From Octopus sinensis (lineage: Eukaryota): 64,000 nucleotides of DNA. The stretch is from assembly GCF_006345805.1 (NCBI RefSeq), contig NC_043008.1, forward strand, positions 68,882,001 through 68,946,000, written 5' to 3'. Below, piece after piece: positions 37,351 to 50,795 of the stretch (position 1 is its first letter; each line of letters opens with the position of its first letter). The notes beneath the pieces are model-generated. The model saw nothing but the letters and a program-made list of their open reading frames with translations, was not told the origin of the DNA and searched no databases. The position numbers and the translations under genes are program-made.

Positions 37351-37554
37351 ATTTTGGCACAAGGCCAGAAAGTTCAGGGGTGAGAGTAAGTCGGCTGTAT
37401 CGACCCCAGTGTTCAACCGGTACTTATTTTATTTTCGACCCCGAAAGGATGATAGGTAAAGTCAGTCTGAGGATTTTATCTCAGAATATAAAGTCATAAA
37501 AAACACTCCGAAGCATTTTTTCCTGCGCGACAACGACTCTGCCAGATCTGCGAC
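37351..37554 (-). mobile_element. SINE family A, degenerate
   Basis: TATCGACCCCAGTG..TCGACCCCGAAAGGATGATAGGTAAAGTC. Confidence 0.75.
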
Positions 37555-39150
37555 TTAAAACGTCTGCAAAAATATCGAATGTTTAAAAGCAGTATTCCTA
37601 GAGGATAACAATTGAGAAGATCTATCAAATAAAGCTATGCAAAACTTGTTAACATCACCTCGTATTCATTATAACTGCTTGTCATTAACGGGTAAAGAGA
37701 TATCCCCACCCCAAAATATATTACAAAATCAGGGTGGTAAACTAAATGAACTACAAGATTAGCACAGTCACTTTATCTTTTTAATACACAAACGCACGCA
37801 TACATACATATATTTCTTTTGATTTTGTTTACTTACATCTACAAACATGTACGATTGTGCATGTATATGTGTGTGTTTGTAACTGAGTGTGAAACTGGGT
37901 GTGTGCATGCGCGACTGTGTTACAGTGTGTTGGGGCTGGCAGCAGTCTAAGCTTGTGTTGTGTAGTGTGTATTCGTTGTGTATGTGTTGTTGCATTCATT
38001 TACTGTGACTTTTTCGTTAATCTGCAATTGCCGATTATTTTGCGAATGTAACATCAGCCACATGGTTGTTACTTGAATAACGTGTGACTTGTACTTTCAG
38101 ATTTAGACACGTAATCACTCTCTATCTAATTTTCCGTTAAAACGTAGCAGAGAGCCTTTTCAAATGTGACGACAATCGAAGGATTCTCACAAGGTACAAC
38201 CAAATTATTTTTGCCGCCGAATTTCGATGCGTTCTTTAAAGGAAAACCACGAACCCCTTCCTGCCTATAAGTAGAAGCCTTTGTATCCACTTAACCATTT
38301 GCTTCAAGCTGCTACTAACCTGCTCCATAGAGAGAATGCCGTCACTCTATTCGTAGAATAATGCAGGAAATGTTTGAACGCTACTTTATTCTTCTGTATA
38401 AGAACTTTTAAACTATTGTCACATACACCTGCATAGTAACTTACCAAAATATGATTACGAAATTTTTACGGCCTTGCTTGATACACCTGCATTGCATCTC
38501 ACCAAATGCAATATTACAACATAAAAAAGTAGTAATTATATTTTATAGTTTTTTTCTGTCATTTACAATCTTCTTACTGTAAAAAAAAATATATATGTTG
38601 TATTACTTGTATTAAGCATTCAGAGTGGTTTGTATAAACTTATTCTTTACCAACAATTTACTTAATCGAATGAAATAGCTATTTTGTTGGAAAGATTCGT
38701 CTTCATTCTTTCGTAGCTTTGTGTCATTTCATTTACTTAAGCTCGTGTTATGTATACATGTTGCGACATGACATGCGCACGTGCGCGCACATGCACAATC
38801 ACAAACACGCGCGTGCACATACACGTACATATACATGCGCGCGTGCAAGCTCTCCAGTTTGTCAGCGTGGTGGTGGTGATGGTCGTTTATTCAATTTTCG
38901 TGTTCTCAGTTTCTAACATAAGGTTTCTCCTTAGATGCTTCACCTATAAACAGCTTTCATTGGTCTATAACATTGTTTATGACACTGCGTAACACCGATT
39001 CAATAGCGACGATTACAGCAAGAACGATGATTGAACAGCTGTAGGAATAACAATTATGAACAACAAATGTAGCAACAACAACAACAACAATAGCAAAAGC
39101 AAATATAAGAACAACAGCAGGATTAACAAGTTGTACCATCAACAATTACA

Positions 39151-39350
39151 GTGGAGGCGCAATGGACCAGTGGTTAGGTCAGCGGACTCATGGTTGTAAG
39201 AACGCAGTTTCGATTCCCAGATCGGGCATTGTGAGTATTTAGTGAGCAAAAACACCTAAGCTCCACAAGGCTCCGGCGGGGGTGGGGGTGGGGGTGAACC
39301 CCACTGTACTTTTTTCCCACAACTTTCTCTCACTCTTTCTTCCTACTTCT
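39151..39350 (+). mobile_element. tRNA-derived SINE (fourth family)
   Basis: GGAGGCGCAATGGACCAGTGGTTAGG (A box) and GTTTCGATTCC (B box), followed by AAAACACCTAAGCTCCAC..CACAACTTTCTCTCACTC. Confidence 0.75.
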
Positions 39351-40684
39351 GTCACAAAGCAGAGGAACCATGGTGTAACCCACTATGGCGTGGTAAATTT
39401 TCAGACCCTAGTCTAGATTGCGAATCCTCTGTACCCCAGGATGGTTCAGCTCTCCGCCCGTTAAAAGCCACCGTTTACGGAATGAGGATAACAACGTAGC
39501 TTTCGCGCCCGTGAAACCGCCAGTCTATCGCGTGTGGTGGGTGGAACTTCAAGTTGCCACACGCATTCTTAGAGATTATTATTTGTGGCTAATAGCGTGA
39601 GACCTGATTGGAAGAAAAAGAAAAAGAAGAAGAATAAGAAAAAGAAGAATACAACAACTACAACTGTAGCAACAGAAACATCACCCCTTCACACACACAT
39701 ACCACCACCAACAACAACAACAACAAAAACATCATCATCATCATCAGAAAGAAAGAAAAACAATAGCAACGACAATAAGAACACCAACAACGAGTAAGTG
39801 ATCTACCAATATTGCCAATAACAGAAATGATTGTGAATTCTCCGTCGGTGCCAAGGATGGGGATTCAGTTGTTTGGTCATTCTTACTTGTGAAATGATTT
39901 TGTAAGAGGCTGGGTGCTCCGCAGACCCATGTATCCTTAATATAATCGTGTCATCGAATGTTTGTGACACGATTTTATATGACTTAGATGTTTGAATCAC
40001 AGGTACAATAGAAAGGGAGGGAATAGTGAGGAGTGACCTAGTACTGGATGCCTTCTTTTCTTTTTTTTTTTAATTTATCGATCCCGAAAACATATGGGAG
40101 TAAAAGTTGACCTCCGCCGGATTTGAACTCGAAGAGCAGAGGACCAAAATAAATACCTTAAGAATTTCCGTCTGACGCTCTGATGATTTTATTCTTTATT
40201 TTTTTTTTTACCAATTCTCTGACTTTACAGTAGCAGCAAGAACAGCAACAACAACAACAGCGAAACAGCGACGACGACGACGACGACGACGACAACAACA
40301 ACTACAACAACAACAACAACAACAACCACCACCACAGCAACAGCAAAAACAACAACAGCAACAACAAATTGCCAAAGAGAGCAAGTGAAACATCAACAAC
40401 AGCAAGAACGTCTAGAATAACATCGACGACGAAACCAACAACAACAACAACAACAACACTAACAATAACATAGGTCACAACATCAATGACAAAGGCAACA
40501 GCAGAGCAAGCGTGGTTATCAGAAACAACAGCAACAACAACAATGATAATAACAACAACAACAACAAGAATAAGAACAATAAAGACATTATCTGAAAACG
40601 TCTTCAGTGTTTGTTTTATATATTTTTATATACTTTTTTTTTACTTTGCTTCCTTGTTGCTTGGGTCCGCTTTTATTATTATTA

Positions 40685-40755
<71 letters not shown>

Positions 40756-41956
40756 CATTATTATTATTCTTGTTTTATTAATAACTGTTCACCTGACAAA
40801 AATATCTCTCACAAATATTTGTTCTCCCTTCGGTCATCAATTTGTCCAGATAGTGAGAGATACATAAAGCTATCTCACTCAATAACTGTGGTCAATAAAC
40901 GCAAGCAAGCTTTATATACGGTAGACACACATTAAATATCCTGAGATAATATTTAGCGTTATTACGTTTTCCGTTGCCGTATCTGACCAACGACTACCCC
41001 TTTCTCTCTCTCTTTCTCTCTCTCTCTTCTACTTTCACTTTCGCTGTAGCTACTAATCATAGCATTCTGATAAGAACTTAGCCTCCCCCACGTCTTCTTG
41101 TTTCAACAGATAGTCGGCCAATCAGAGAGTCGGACATCCAAACAGTGAGATAGAGTGTAAGGTGGATAGAAGGATGGATAGACAGTGAGAAAGTGAAGCG
41201 GCCAGAGAGACTGGTAGGAAGAGAAGTGGACAAGAAGTGAGAATAAGTGAGTGAGTAGTGAGTGAGTGAGTGAGTGAGTGAGTGAGTGAGAGAGTGAATG
41301 AGACCGGTTGTGTGATAGAACGACAGACAGACAAACAGAGAGATAGATAGACAGACAGGGAAGGGTTTAAAAGATTGGCTGTTACACAGAATGCCAGTTA
41401 TAGTCAAGTGGTCAGACAGACAGTTAGAGTGACTCAGATTGTAGCCGTATATGAAAACATACAGAGAGGGAAACATTCAGATTGTTAGTTAGATAGTGAA
41501 GAGGTTAGAAAGGCAGTGAAGCTGTTGGTGAGGGTAGCATTTAGGCACAATAGTGTGAGACAAACAAGCAGCGTTAGACAAGTTAGCTGTCAGTCAATTG
41601 AACAGATAGGCAGACTGTCAATTTGCTGGTTAGACAATCAGACATAGGCCGAATACAAAGTAGTGAAAGAGATATTAAGACCAGTAATGACTAGACTGAG
41701 GGTAATTGAGATAGACAGGTATATCATTTGGCTAAACAATTAGACGGACAAATATACTTACAGTTAATTTTATAGTGAGACATACGGTCTGTTAGACATA
41801 CATACTTAGACCGTTGAAGTGTTATGAAGTGTTAAGCAGTCAGACAAACAGGAAATCATGCAGACTGTGTTAATTGGTCAGGTAGACACATGTCTCATTT
41901 AGATAAACAATTTGACAAATATACATGCAGTTAATTGGACTGTGAGACATACGCAG

Positions 41957-42185
41957 TTCTTTATTACCCACAAGGGGCTAAACATAGAGGGGACAAACAA
42001 GGACAGACATAGGTATTAAGTCGATTACATCGACCCCAGTGCGTAACTGGTGCTTAATTTATCGACCCCGAAAGGATGAAAGGCAAAGTCGACCTCGGCG
42101 TAATTTGAACTCACAACGTAACGGCAGACGAAATACTGCAAAGCATTTCGCCCGGCGCGCTAACGAGTCTGCCAGTTCGCCGCCT
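41957..42185 (-). mobile_element. SINE family A, full-length young copy
   Basis: Near-perfect reverse complement of the 2225-2458 copy. Confidence 0.92.
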
Positions 42186-42652
42186 TTTGGACTGTTAGAC
42201 AGACTGACTTAGACTGTTGAAGTGTAAGGCAGTGAGACAAATAGGAAGTCGTGTAGACTGTGTTCGTCGGTTAGATAGACAAGTAGTTAAGCAAAAGTCA
42301 GCAGGAAGTCAGTAATTTAGTCAAACAGTCACGTGAGCACTCAGACAGTTAGAGAGTTACACAATTAAACAGTCACGAGAATACTAAGCAGTTAGCGGGT
42401 CAGATAATTAAGCTATTGCGTGATTACTCGGGAAGGTAGGCTGTCACACTGTGGAGCAGTCAGAAAATAACTCAAGCAATTAGACAGTCGGTCAGTTAAA
42501 CAGTTAAACAGGAATTCAGACAAGAAGGCAGACACACTGTCATGTGTGCAAACGCCCAGGCAATCAGCCACTCAGATAGGATGGCAATCAAATTCTCAGA
42601 GATCGACATCCATGCATTGACACTGACACATACACACACTGGCATACACACA

Positions 42653-42710
<58 letters not shown>

Positions 42711-42840
42711 CAGACACACGCAAGCAATACATACTGAACACATACACATATTCAACATATGCGCAGGTAAGGCAATCCGTTCAGACATATAGATGCGCAG
42801 ACAAACATGGGAAACATAGAGAAACACAATGGGATATACG

Positions 42841-43077
42841 TAAATACACTCATATAACGTAAATTCACTCATATAACGTAAATACACTCATATAACGTAA
42901 ATACACTCATATAACGTAAATACACTCATATAACGTAAATTCACTCATATAACGTAAATACACTCATATAACGTAAATACACTCATATAACGTAAATTCA
43001 CTCATATAACGTAAATACACTCATATAACGTAAATTCACTCATATAACGTAAATACACTCATATAACGTAAATACAC
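42841..43077. repeat. 19-bp minisatellite, 12.5 copies
   Basis: Unit TAAAT(A/T)CACTCATATAACG. Variant order A,T,A,A,A,T,A,A,T,A,T,A. Confidence 0.97.
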
Positions 43078-44833
43078 GAATATAGAAAGAGATTAAACCA
43101 TCTATACATATACTATACAAAACACATACACACCATCACGTATAATCACATACAATTATACTCCTTCTATCATACACACACATGCCCCCTCTATTATATA
43201 CACTTTATTTCTCCGCTGTACATTAACACCTTCTTTCTCTCGTACATACTCCTACATTCTTCTTACACACTCATATCTCTCTTTAAAACACGCAGATACT
43301 TTTATTTTCACACAGATACACACATAATTCGTCCTCCCTCGCACACACGAATATACTCTTTCTCTTATATACTCCTATATATTTACTCTGGCCATGCACG
43401 AGGCCTCTATCTCCTTTTCACAAACATAGTTACTCCAGTACTCTCTCACTTACTCACCTATCTTACTCGTAAGCACATACTCTCTCACCCACACATTCAT
43501 TATAAAAATGCTCGCGCACTCTCCCTACCTGCCCATCTCTCTCCCTCCTTTCCATTTTCACATGCACTAACACCCTCTTAAATACACTTCATGTCGTAGG
43601 ACGTATAAACACATTTATACACACATACACGCACACACACAAACACACACACACACACGCACACACACACACACACCTACACCCTAAACCACACCTACTC
43701 AGTTTCTGTCCTCCCACGTAATAACTCGTATTCTACACGCAAACATACAGATTTACACACAAACACATATATTTGTACGTACATATGTATATATATATAA
43801 TAAATTTATTTTATATGCATACATATATTTATATATGTATATGTATGTACACACACACATATATATCTGTGTACGTATGTGTATGTATGCATGTATGTAT
43901 ATCTGTGTGAAGTTATATACACACATCTAATCAAATCTTCTGTCTACACAAAGAATATAAAATATCAGATTGGCATTTTCATGTTCCTTCTTCATTACGA
44001 AAAGATGAGTCGCTTCAAATTTCCCGGATTAGCCCGTGTGTGGCCATTTCAAATTAGTTTTCTTCCGGAATGATGATCTTCCTATTCGCTTTACAGGCTG
44101 AAAAATAAAATAAAAAAAATTGTCAAATGTAATCACAGAATCTATAAACTGAGATTCTTATAATTACTAAAATTCACTCAGCCACTGTTGGTAGTATTTC
44201 TAACGGTTTATGCTACTGCCATGAATCCGTTTCTTGTTTTTCTTTCCCAGTAAATTGTTTATTTAAAGACGAAAGTATGATGAATGAATGCGTTTTACTG
44301 CTGGGTATTAATAATTTCAAACATATACAAAGCTTTCTTGCATTTTATTGCTAGGAAATCTCATGGCAAGACATATTAATGACCGCAGTTCTGTGGAGAT
44401 TGTTTGCCAAGGCGATGTCGATATCAACGAAGATGATCAGACTAGCTGAGATTGATAGGGAGGGCAGCTAGTGCATGAGGCGACATAGAGAAATAGATAA
44501 ATAGATAGATAGATATATAGCGAGAGAGAGAGAGAAATAAATAGATAGAGAGAGGGTGAGACAGAGAGATAGTGAGTGAGGGTGAGAAAGAGAAAGAGAG
44601 GAAATTGTAACAATGATTGTCACAAGCAAAGAGTATCAAGTAACAGACAACTCTGTATTGTTTAGGCTTCGGGTTTAGTTTTCAGTCTATGTACTCGTAC
44701 ATACACGTTGAGAATCACTCACACAAACACACACAAATAAATACAGTCACGAACGCATACACAGACTAACATACACACGAGCACGCACACACATGTGCAA
44801 AATCTCGAGTAATTATACCCACGTTCACTACGA

Positions 44834-44936
<103 letters not shown>

Positions 44937-45266
44937 GCTGTCTGTCTGTCTGTCTGTGTAGTATATAAATATGTATAGAAATATCTACATATATCTCTAT
45001 ATGTCTATCGATAAAAATAATTTTATTAGTAGTGACAGTTCGCACCGTCTGATTCACGGCCATCTGACAACACCAACTAACGAGGTAACTTCGAAGTCAC
45101 TCTCAATAGAATTATTAATAATATTTCATTCTACACTTATAGTGAGTCCATTTCAAGCTGATGTTCACAGTTTTCTATAATTTTCTTATAGTTATAATTT
45201 TATGCATACATACACACATTCATACATACATACATACATACATACATACATACATACATACATACA

Positions 45267-45297
<31 letters not shown>

Positions 45298-45299
<2 letters not shown>

Positions 45300-46060
45300 G
45301 GTAGAAGCCATAGCGACTGATAATAAAAATGAATACTTCTGGAATGTACCAGTGAAGACCTCAATAAAATGTAAGCACAACATATCTGATATAATGATCT
45401 GGGATAGAGAAGAGAAACTGTGGACAGTTGTGGAAATTAGTTGCCCAGCGGATGTTAACCTAAAACTGAAGATCAATGAAAAAGAGAACACCTATGCTGA
45501 ACTATTGCGAAATCTACAGTTACTCTATCCAGATTACAAGTTCAGGCTTATACCTGTAATTATTGGGCCCTGGGATATATAACACACTGCCTGAACACCA
45601 ATCTTGAGAAATTAGGCTTCTCAAAATCAGAACGCAGAAAGCTAATTCGAAGACTATAGATCCAATCCATCACTGGAACTGTAAAAAATCTGTAAAACTT
45701 TCCAGAAGTTTAGCATTTAAATATATGTGAACATGTCTAGCATGCAACTATATACATGAGAATACATACATAAAACATACATACATGCATATTCATACAT
45801 ACATATATACACAAACATACATACATATATATACACATACATACATACATATACATACACATACATACATATATATACACACACATACATACATATACAT
45901 ACACATACATACATATATACACACACATACATACATACACACATACAAACAAAAATACCCTGTTGTTGATGTTGAAATTTCAATTAAGGAGCCATAGATC
46001 TAGGTTAGAAACCTGCTCTTTCTCTATTAGCCACACATCTTGAAATAAAGTGAATATTGA
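45298..46060 (+). mobile_element. 3' end of an RLE-type non-LTR retrotransposon embedded in (CATA)n
   Basis: YFWNVPVKT..KHNISDIMIWD..VVEISCP..EKENTY..IPVIIG/ALGYI..GTVKICKTF. 3' UTR has AATAAA at 46044 and ends into CATACAT. (CATA)n lies at 45203-45296. Confidence 0.8.
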
Positions 46061-46155
46061 CATACATTTGCGCACGCGCACACACTCACAAACATACATA
46101 CATCTGTATTTCTCACATTTTATGTCATACATATGCATGTGATATATATGTATGA

Positions 46156-46203
<48 letters not shown>

Positions 46204-47492
46204 ACATACATCCACACACATATATATATAATAAATATGTATGTGTGTCTGTATATGTATATATCTACCATTCTCGCTCTTTCCTCTGTGTATATATATA
46301 TATATATTTATTTATATATATACACATACACACATACACACGTACATTCACAGTTAACATATGTACATGTATACTATTATGAAACTATTTAAAAAAACAT
46401 AGTAGTCTTCAGGGACTCTGCGATGCGTAAATTCTTTAAACGAGATTGTGGAAATGTGATGTAGTGGTATTTATGAATTTCCTAAGAATATCCACAATAC
46501 ATTAAATTGTGAGTAAGAACTACCATGAACTGAAGCTACATCGCGAGGTCGTAAATTGCCCATTTGTTTGCCTCTAGGTCAGCGGTGTTCGCCTACTAAA
46601 GAATCTATAACTCAACACAGAAACTATCTCGCTTTTGTTTCGTAAATTTTATTTTGGACAGAAGCCAATTTATTGATTTCTTACGTAGACATGCAGCTTC
46701 GTAGTTAGAGAGTAAGTAGGTGGACTGAAGCATGTTGAGAAATTGAAACTCTTTCTTCTTCCCCCTATGGAGTTTGATTAACGCGAACTTAGTGAAAACG
46801 ATTCCAAGTGGGACTTGAGACCTGGGGATCTGAGGCTTGACTACTGGTGTTGTTGGTTATTGGGTGGGTGGCTGAGCGAGAAGTTAGATTTGCGCTAGGG
46901 TGCTCGATGCGGTAGATGCTAAAATGTTATTGGCCGAAAGAGATGTACGTATGTACAATGTTCATATATGTGTGTGTTATTCATTAGGTGACAGAATGTA
47001 AGCTTTGTATGAAGGTCAAAGGTGAAGGAAAGGTTAAAATTGCTTTTGGGTCCCACGAAGAAGTGTAATCTGTTAAAAGCCGATTTAGTTAAGAATATAA
47101 GATGTCTTGGAGAGGTCGTCGAAGGCAGTTAATTGTATGACTGAGTAGAGAGGATGAGTGTTGGTCGGAATGCAAAACAGAGAAATACTTGCATGTGTGC
47201 ATGTGTGCATGTGTGTGTATGTGTGTGTGAGTATTTGTGAGTATTTGTGTGTTCCTGTGTGCGCACACGTGCGTGCATGCGTGCATGCATATGTATTTAG
47301 AAATGTGTGTGTGTATGTATAAATAAATGTATGTATACACATATAAAGAAATGTATGTCTATGTGCCCCCACAAATATATAAACACCCACATGCATAGAA
47401 TACAGACATACATATGTGTGTGTGTGCGTGTGTGTGTACGTGTGTACGTGTGTGTGTACGTGTGTGTGTGTGTGTGTTTGTGTAAGTATTTG

Positions 47493-47930
47493 TGTTTATA
47501 TGGCTGTGTGATTAAGAAGTTCCCTACGTAACCACGCAGTTTTGAGTTCAGTCCTACTGCGTGGCACACCTCAGGAAATGCGTTGTGTGTGAATTTTAGA
47601 GATGGAAACTATGAGGAAGCCCGAAAGGTGGTGATTCAGTATGGCCGCATTCAAAGTAACTGAAATAAATAAAAGAAACAGAATATATATATATACCAGA
47701 ATTTTTTGCGTAATAAGATAAAAAAACCAAGGGTGTATAGATATTAGAGCATTTATAGATAGAAGGTCTTACAGCTGTTTCTAGGATATTTATTAATAAT
47801 ATCCCCTCATCGGGATAAGGGTACACGTATCTGTGGAGTACTCAACCACTTGTACGTTAATTTCACGAGCAGGCTGTTTTGTTGATCGGATCAACTAGAA
47901 CTCTTGTTATCGTAACCGACGGAGTGCTGC
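47493..47930 (+). mobile_element. Internally deleted SINE B followed by a SINE-body fragment
   Basis: GGCTGTGTGATTAAGAAG..GAGTTCAGTCCTACTGCGTGGCAC, then GTACACGTATCTGTGGAGTACTCAACCACTTG..GTAACCGACGGAGTG. A related reverse-complement copy lies at about 52230-52340. Confidence 0.6.
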
Positions 47931-47931
47931 G

Positions 47932-48032
<101 letters not shown>

Positions 48033-48045
48033 GTATATATATATG

Positions 48046-48076
<31 letters not shown>

Positions 48077-48101
48077 GTATATATATGTATATATATATAT
48101 A

Positions 48102-48517
48102 TGGCTGTGTGGTAAGTAGCTTGCTTACGAACCACATGGTTCCGGGTTCAGTCCCACTGCGTGGCACCTTGGACACGTCTCTTCTGCTATAGCCTCGGGC
48201 CGACCAAAGCCTTGTGAGTGGATTTGGTAGACGGAAACTGAAAGAAGTCCGTTGTATGTATGTATGTATATATCTATATATATGTATGTGTATGCGTATA
48301 TGTTTGTGTGTCTGTGCTTGTGCCTCCCAACATCGCTTGACAACCGATGCTGGTGTGTTTACGTCCCTATAACATAGCGGTTCGGCAAAAGACACCAATA
48401 GAATAAGTACTAGGCTTACAAAGAATAAGTTCTGGGGTCGATTTGCTCAACTAAAAGGTGGTGCTCCAGCATGGCCACAGTCAGATGACTGAAACAAGTA
48501 AAAGAGTAAAAAGAGTA
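48102..48517 (+). mobile_element. SINE family B, full-length
   Basis: tRNA-like head, internal TATG/TG microsatellite, and the complete tail through AAAAGAGTAAAAAGAGTA. Confidence 0.92.
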
Positions 48518-49007
48518 ATATATATACACACATGTATGCTATATGTATGCTATATATATACACACATGTATGCTATATGTATTTATGCGTGTATATATAT
48601 AATAATCATGCGCCATATGGCGGTTCACCCGTCGCGGTTTATTATTCAAGCTTACGTCGATTCCTCTGTGGTGTTATTTTGCATTTATAATAAAATAAAT
48701 ATATATAAATTATAAAAATAACAAAAAATAATATACCGTGCGGTGCTGTCTCTACTTTGCGGATTTTCACCTATTAACGCAGGAACTCTTCCGGTCTGCC
48801 CTTTGCCTATGTCGCTGCTACATAGAGTCTCTCTCTCGGTATTTCATTGTTTGCTCGTCGGGCTGTGGCAGCAAAAGATTTAAACGCCGCCGGAGGGTTT
48901 CGAAATCAGAACTAAAATACGCTGCATCTTGCATGGATCTGTACCAACTCAGCTAAAGTTTGTGGTGAGAAGGGCAGTGATATGTAATTGAATATACCGA
49001 CTCTTAC

Positions 49008-49340
49008 ACTTAATTGCTATTTATTTCATACACACTTAAAGCAATGACAAAGAATTTATTTTAAACGTATGCAACGCGATGGTAAACATTTTGTTTATTT
49101 TATACACACCCAAGGCGACGATGAACAAATTGTTTATTTATAGACATTCAGACTGATGATAAATAATGTTCATTTATATATACCTATGACGATGATAATT
49201 TATTTATTTTATACATACCCAAGGCGATGATAAACAATTTGTTTATTTTATACACAACTAGGGCGAATATAAGCAATTTGCTTATTTTGTACACACCCCG
49301 ATAAACAATTTCTTTTATATCCATCTGGAGCGAAGATAAA
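49008..49340. repeat. Degenerate 32-39-bp minisatellite, about 9 units, with palindromic core
   Basis: Approximate consensus GATAAACAATTTGTTTATTTTATACACACCCAAGGCGAT. Confidence 0.8.
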
Positions 49341-49479
49341 AGAAGACTGCATCCAGCGGGATTTGAACTCGCGTTACAATGAAATCAATCTAGCTACTGT
49401 CAGATATTTTTATAAGGTCTTCTACCGAATAAGTAATGATTATGTTAGCTCGGGAGACAGCTGTCCAAATAAGTTTTTC

Positions 49480-50795
49480 GAATTGAAAAATAAGGCCAGC
49501 GTTTTTTGAGGGGAGTCAGTCTATTACAACGACCTCGGTATTAGACCGATACATTATTTTATCGCTCTCCTTGAGATGAATGGCAAAGTCAACCTCGGCG
49601 ATATTTGAACTCAGAACATAAAGAGCTGCAACAATACCGGGTGGAATTCTGGTTTAGTCATCCCATATAACCCCACATAACCTTTTATGCTTTGGAATTT
49701 TCAGGAAATTTTTGCGAATTTGTGTTCTACACACGGGAATTCATACGATTATGCAAAAAATAGTGTGTGTGATTTAAGGGCGATTTAGCTGTAATTTTTA
49801 GCACAGCTTACTACCGCTTGGTATCATCCGCGTTTCTTTGTAACTTTGACATCTATTGATGTTTCTCAATATTATTCTCTCCACAAACACATGTAATGGA
49901 ATAAGCTAAAGATTCGTACTCTTCGTATTTTGAACAAAGATTCGCAAAATAGTGGAACTTTTATGGTTTACAGAATAAAGAAAAAAAAATTTTGATCATG
50001 TAATTGTGTGAATTCCCACGTGTAGAACACCAATTCGCAACATTTTTCTAAAAATTCCAAAAAATAAAAAAGGCTATTAGGGTTCCTAAACCAGAATTCC
50101 ACCCAATAGCACAGTGCATTTTATCCGACACACTAACGATTCTGTCAACCAACCTTCCTATTGCTGCTCCAATTTACGCTCAAAGCCAGCAATTTTGAGA
50201 ACAGGAAACTGGTCAATTACATCGTTCCTAGTTCTTGACTGGTACGTCATTTTATCGACCGCGGTTAGATGAAAGGTAAAGTTGACCTCGTCGTGGTTTG
50301 AACACAAAACTCGGAACAAAACACGTAAAGCATTTTCCGATTCTCTTAACGAATTCGATCCCTCAACACCCGATCTAGTACTCTCATAATTCTTTCTATT
50401 ATTGGGTCAAAAATTGAATTTCTAGAGGGGGGGACTTATCGATTACAATGGCCCCAGTGCTCAGCTGGTATTATATTAACAAACCGAGAAGGATAAAGTG
50501 CAAAGTTGGCCTCGACGGAATTTGAATTGAGAAGGAAAAGCCGGAAGACTTGCCACTAAGCATTTTGTCCGGTGTGCAAACTACCACTAGTCTAATAATG
50601 GTTTCAAGTTTTGGCACAAGGCCAGTAACTTTCGCGGAGAGGATAATTCGATTACATCGACCCCCAAAAGGTACTTATTTTATTGACCCCGAAATGATTC
50701 ACAGCGAAGTTGAGCTCGGCGGAATTTGAACTCAGAACGTAAAGACGGACGCTAAGCATTTTGCCCGACCTGCTTACGATTCTGGCAACTTGTCA
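49480..50795 (-). mobile_element. Stack of four same-orientation SINE family A copies (the first interrupted by a MITE)
   Basis: Repeated GGCAAAGTCAACCTCGGCG.ATTTGAACTC(AGAAC) cores near 49585, 50275, 50500 and 50705. Confidence 0.8.
49639..50104. mobile_element. 466-bp MITE nested in a SINE
   Basis: Perfect 19-bp TIR GGGTGGAATTCTGGTTTAG / CTAAACCAGAATTCCACCC plus about 100 bp of imperfect subterminal IR. Flanks are AATACC/AATAGC. Confidence 0.88.

Noticed and set aside
38101-38193. Candidate 93-nt exon with a good acceptor and AAG|GTAC donor
   Set aside because: Stops occur in all three frames. At most a non-coding exon, and there is no other support.
46578-46711. Candidate 134-nt exon (CTCTAG| ... 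|GTAAGT)
   Set aside because: Stops occur in all three frames, and such splice motifs arise by chance at this scale.
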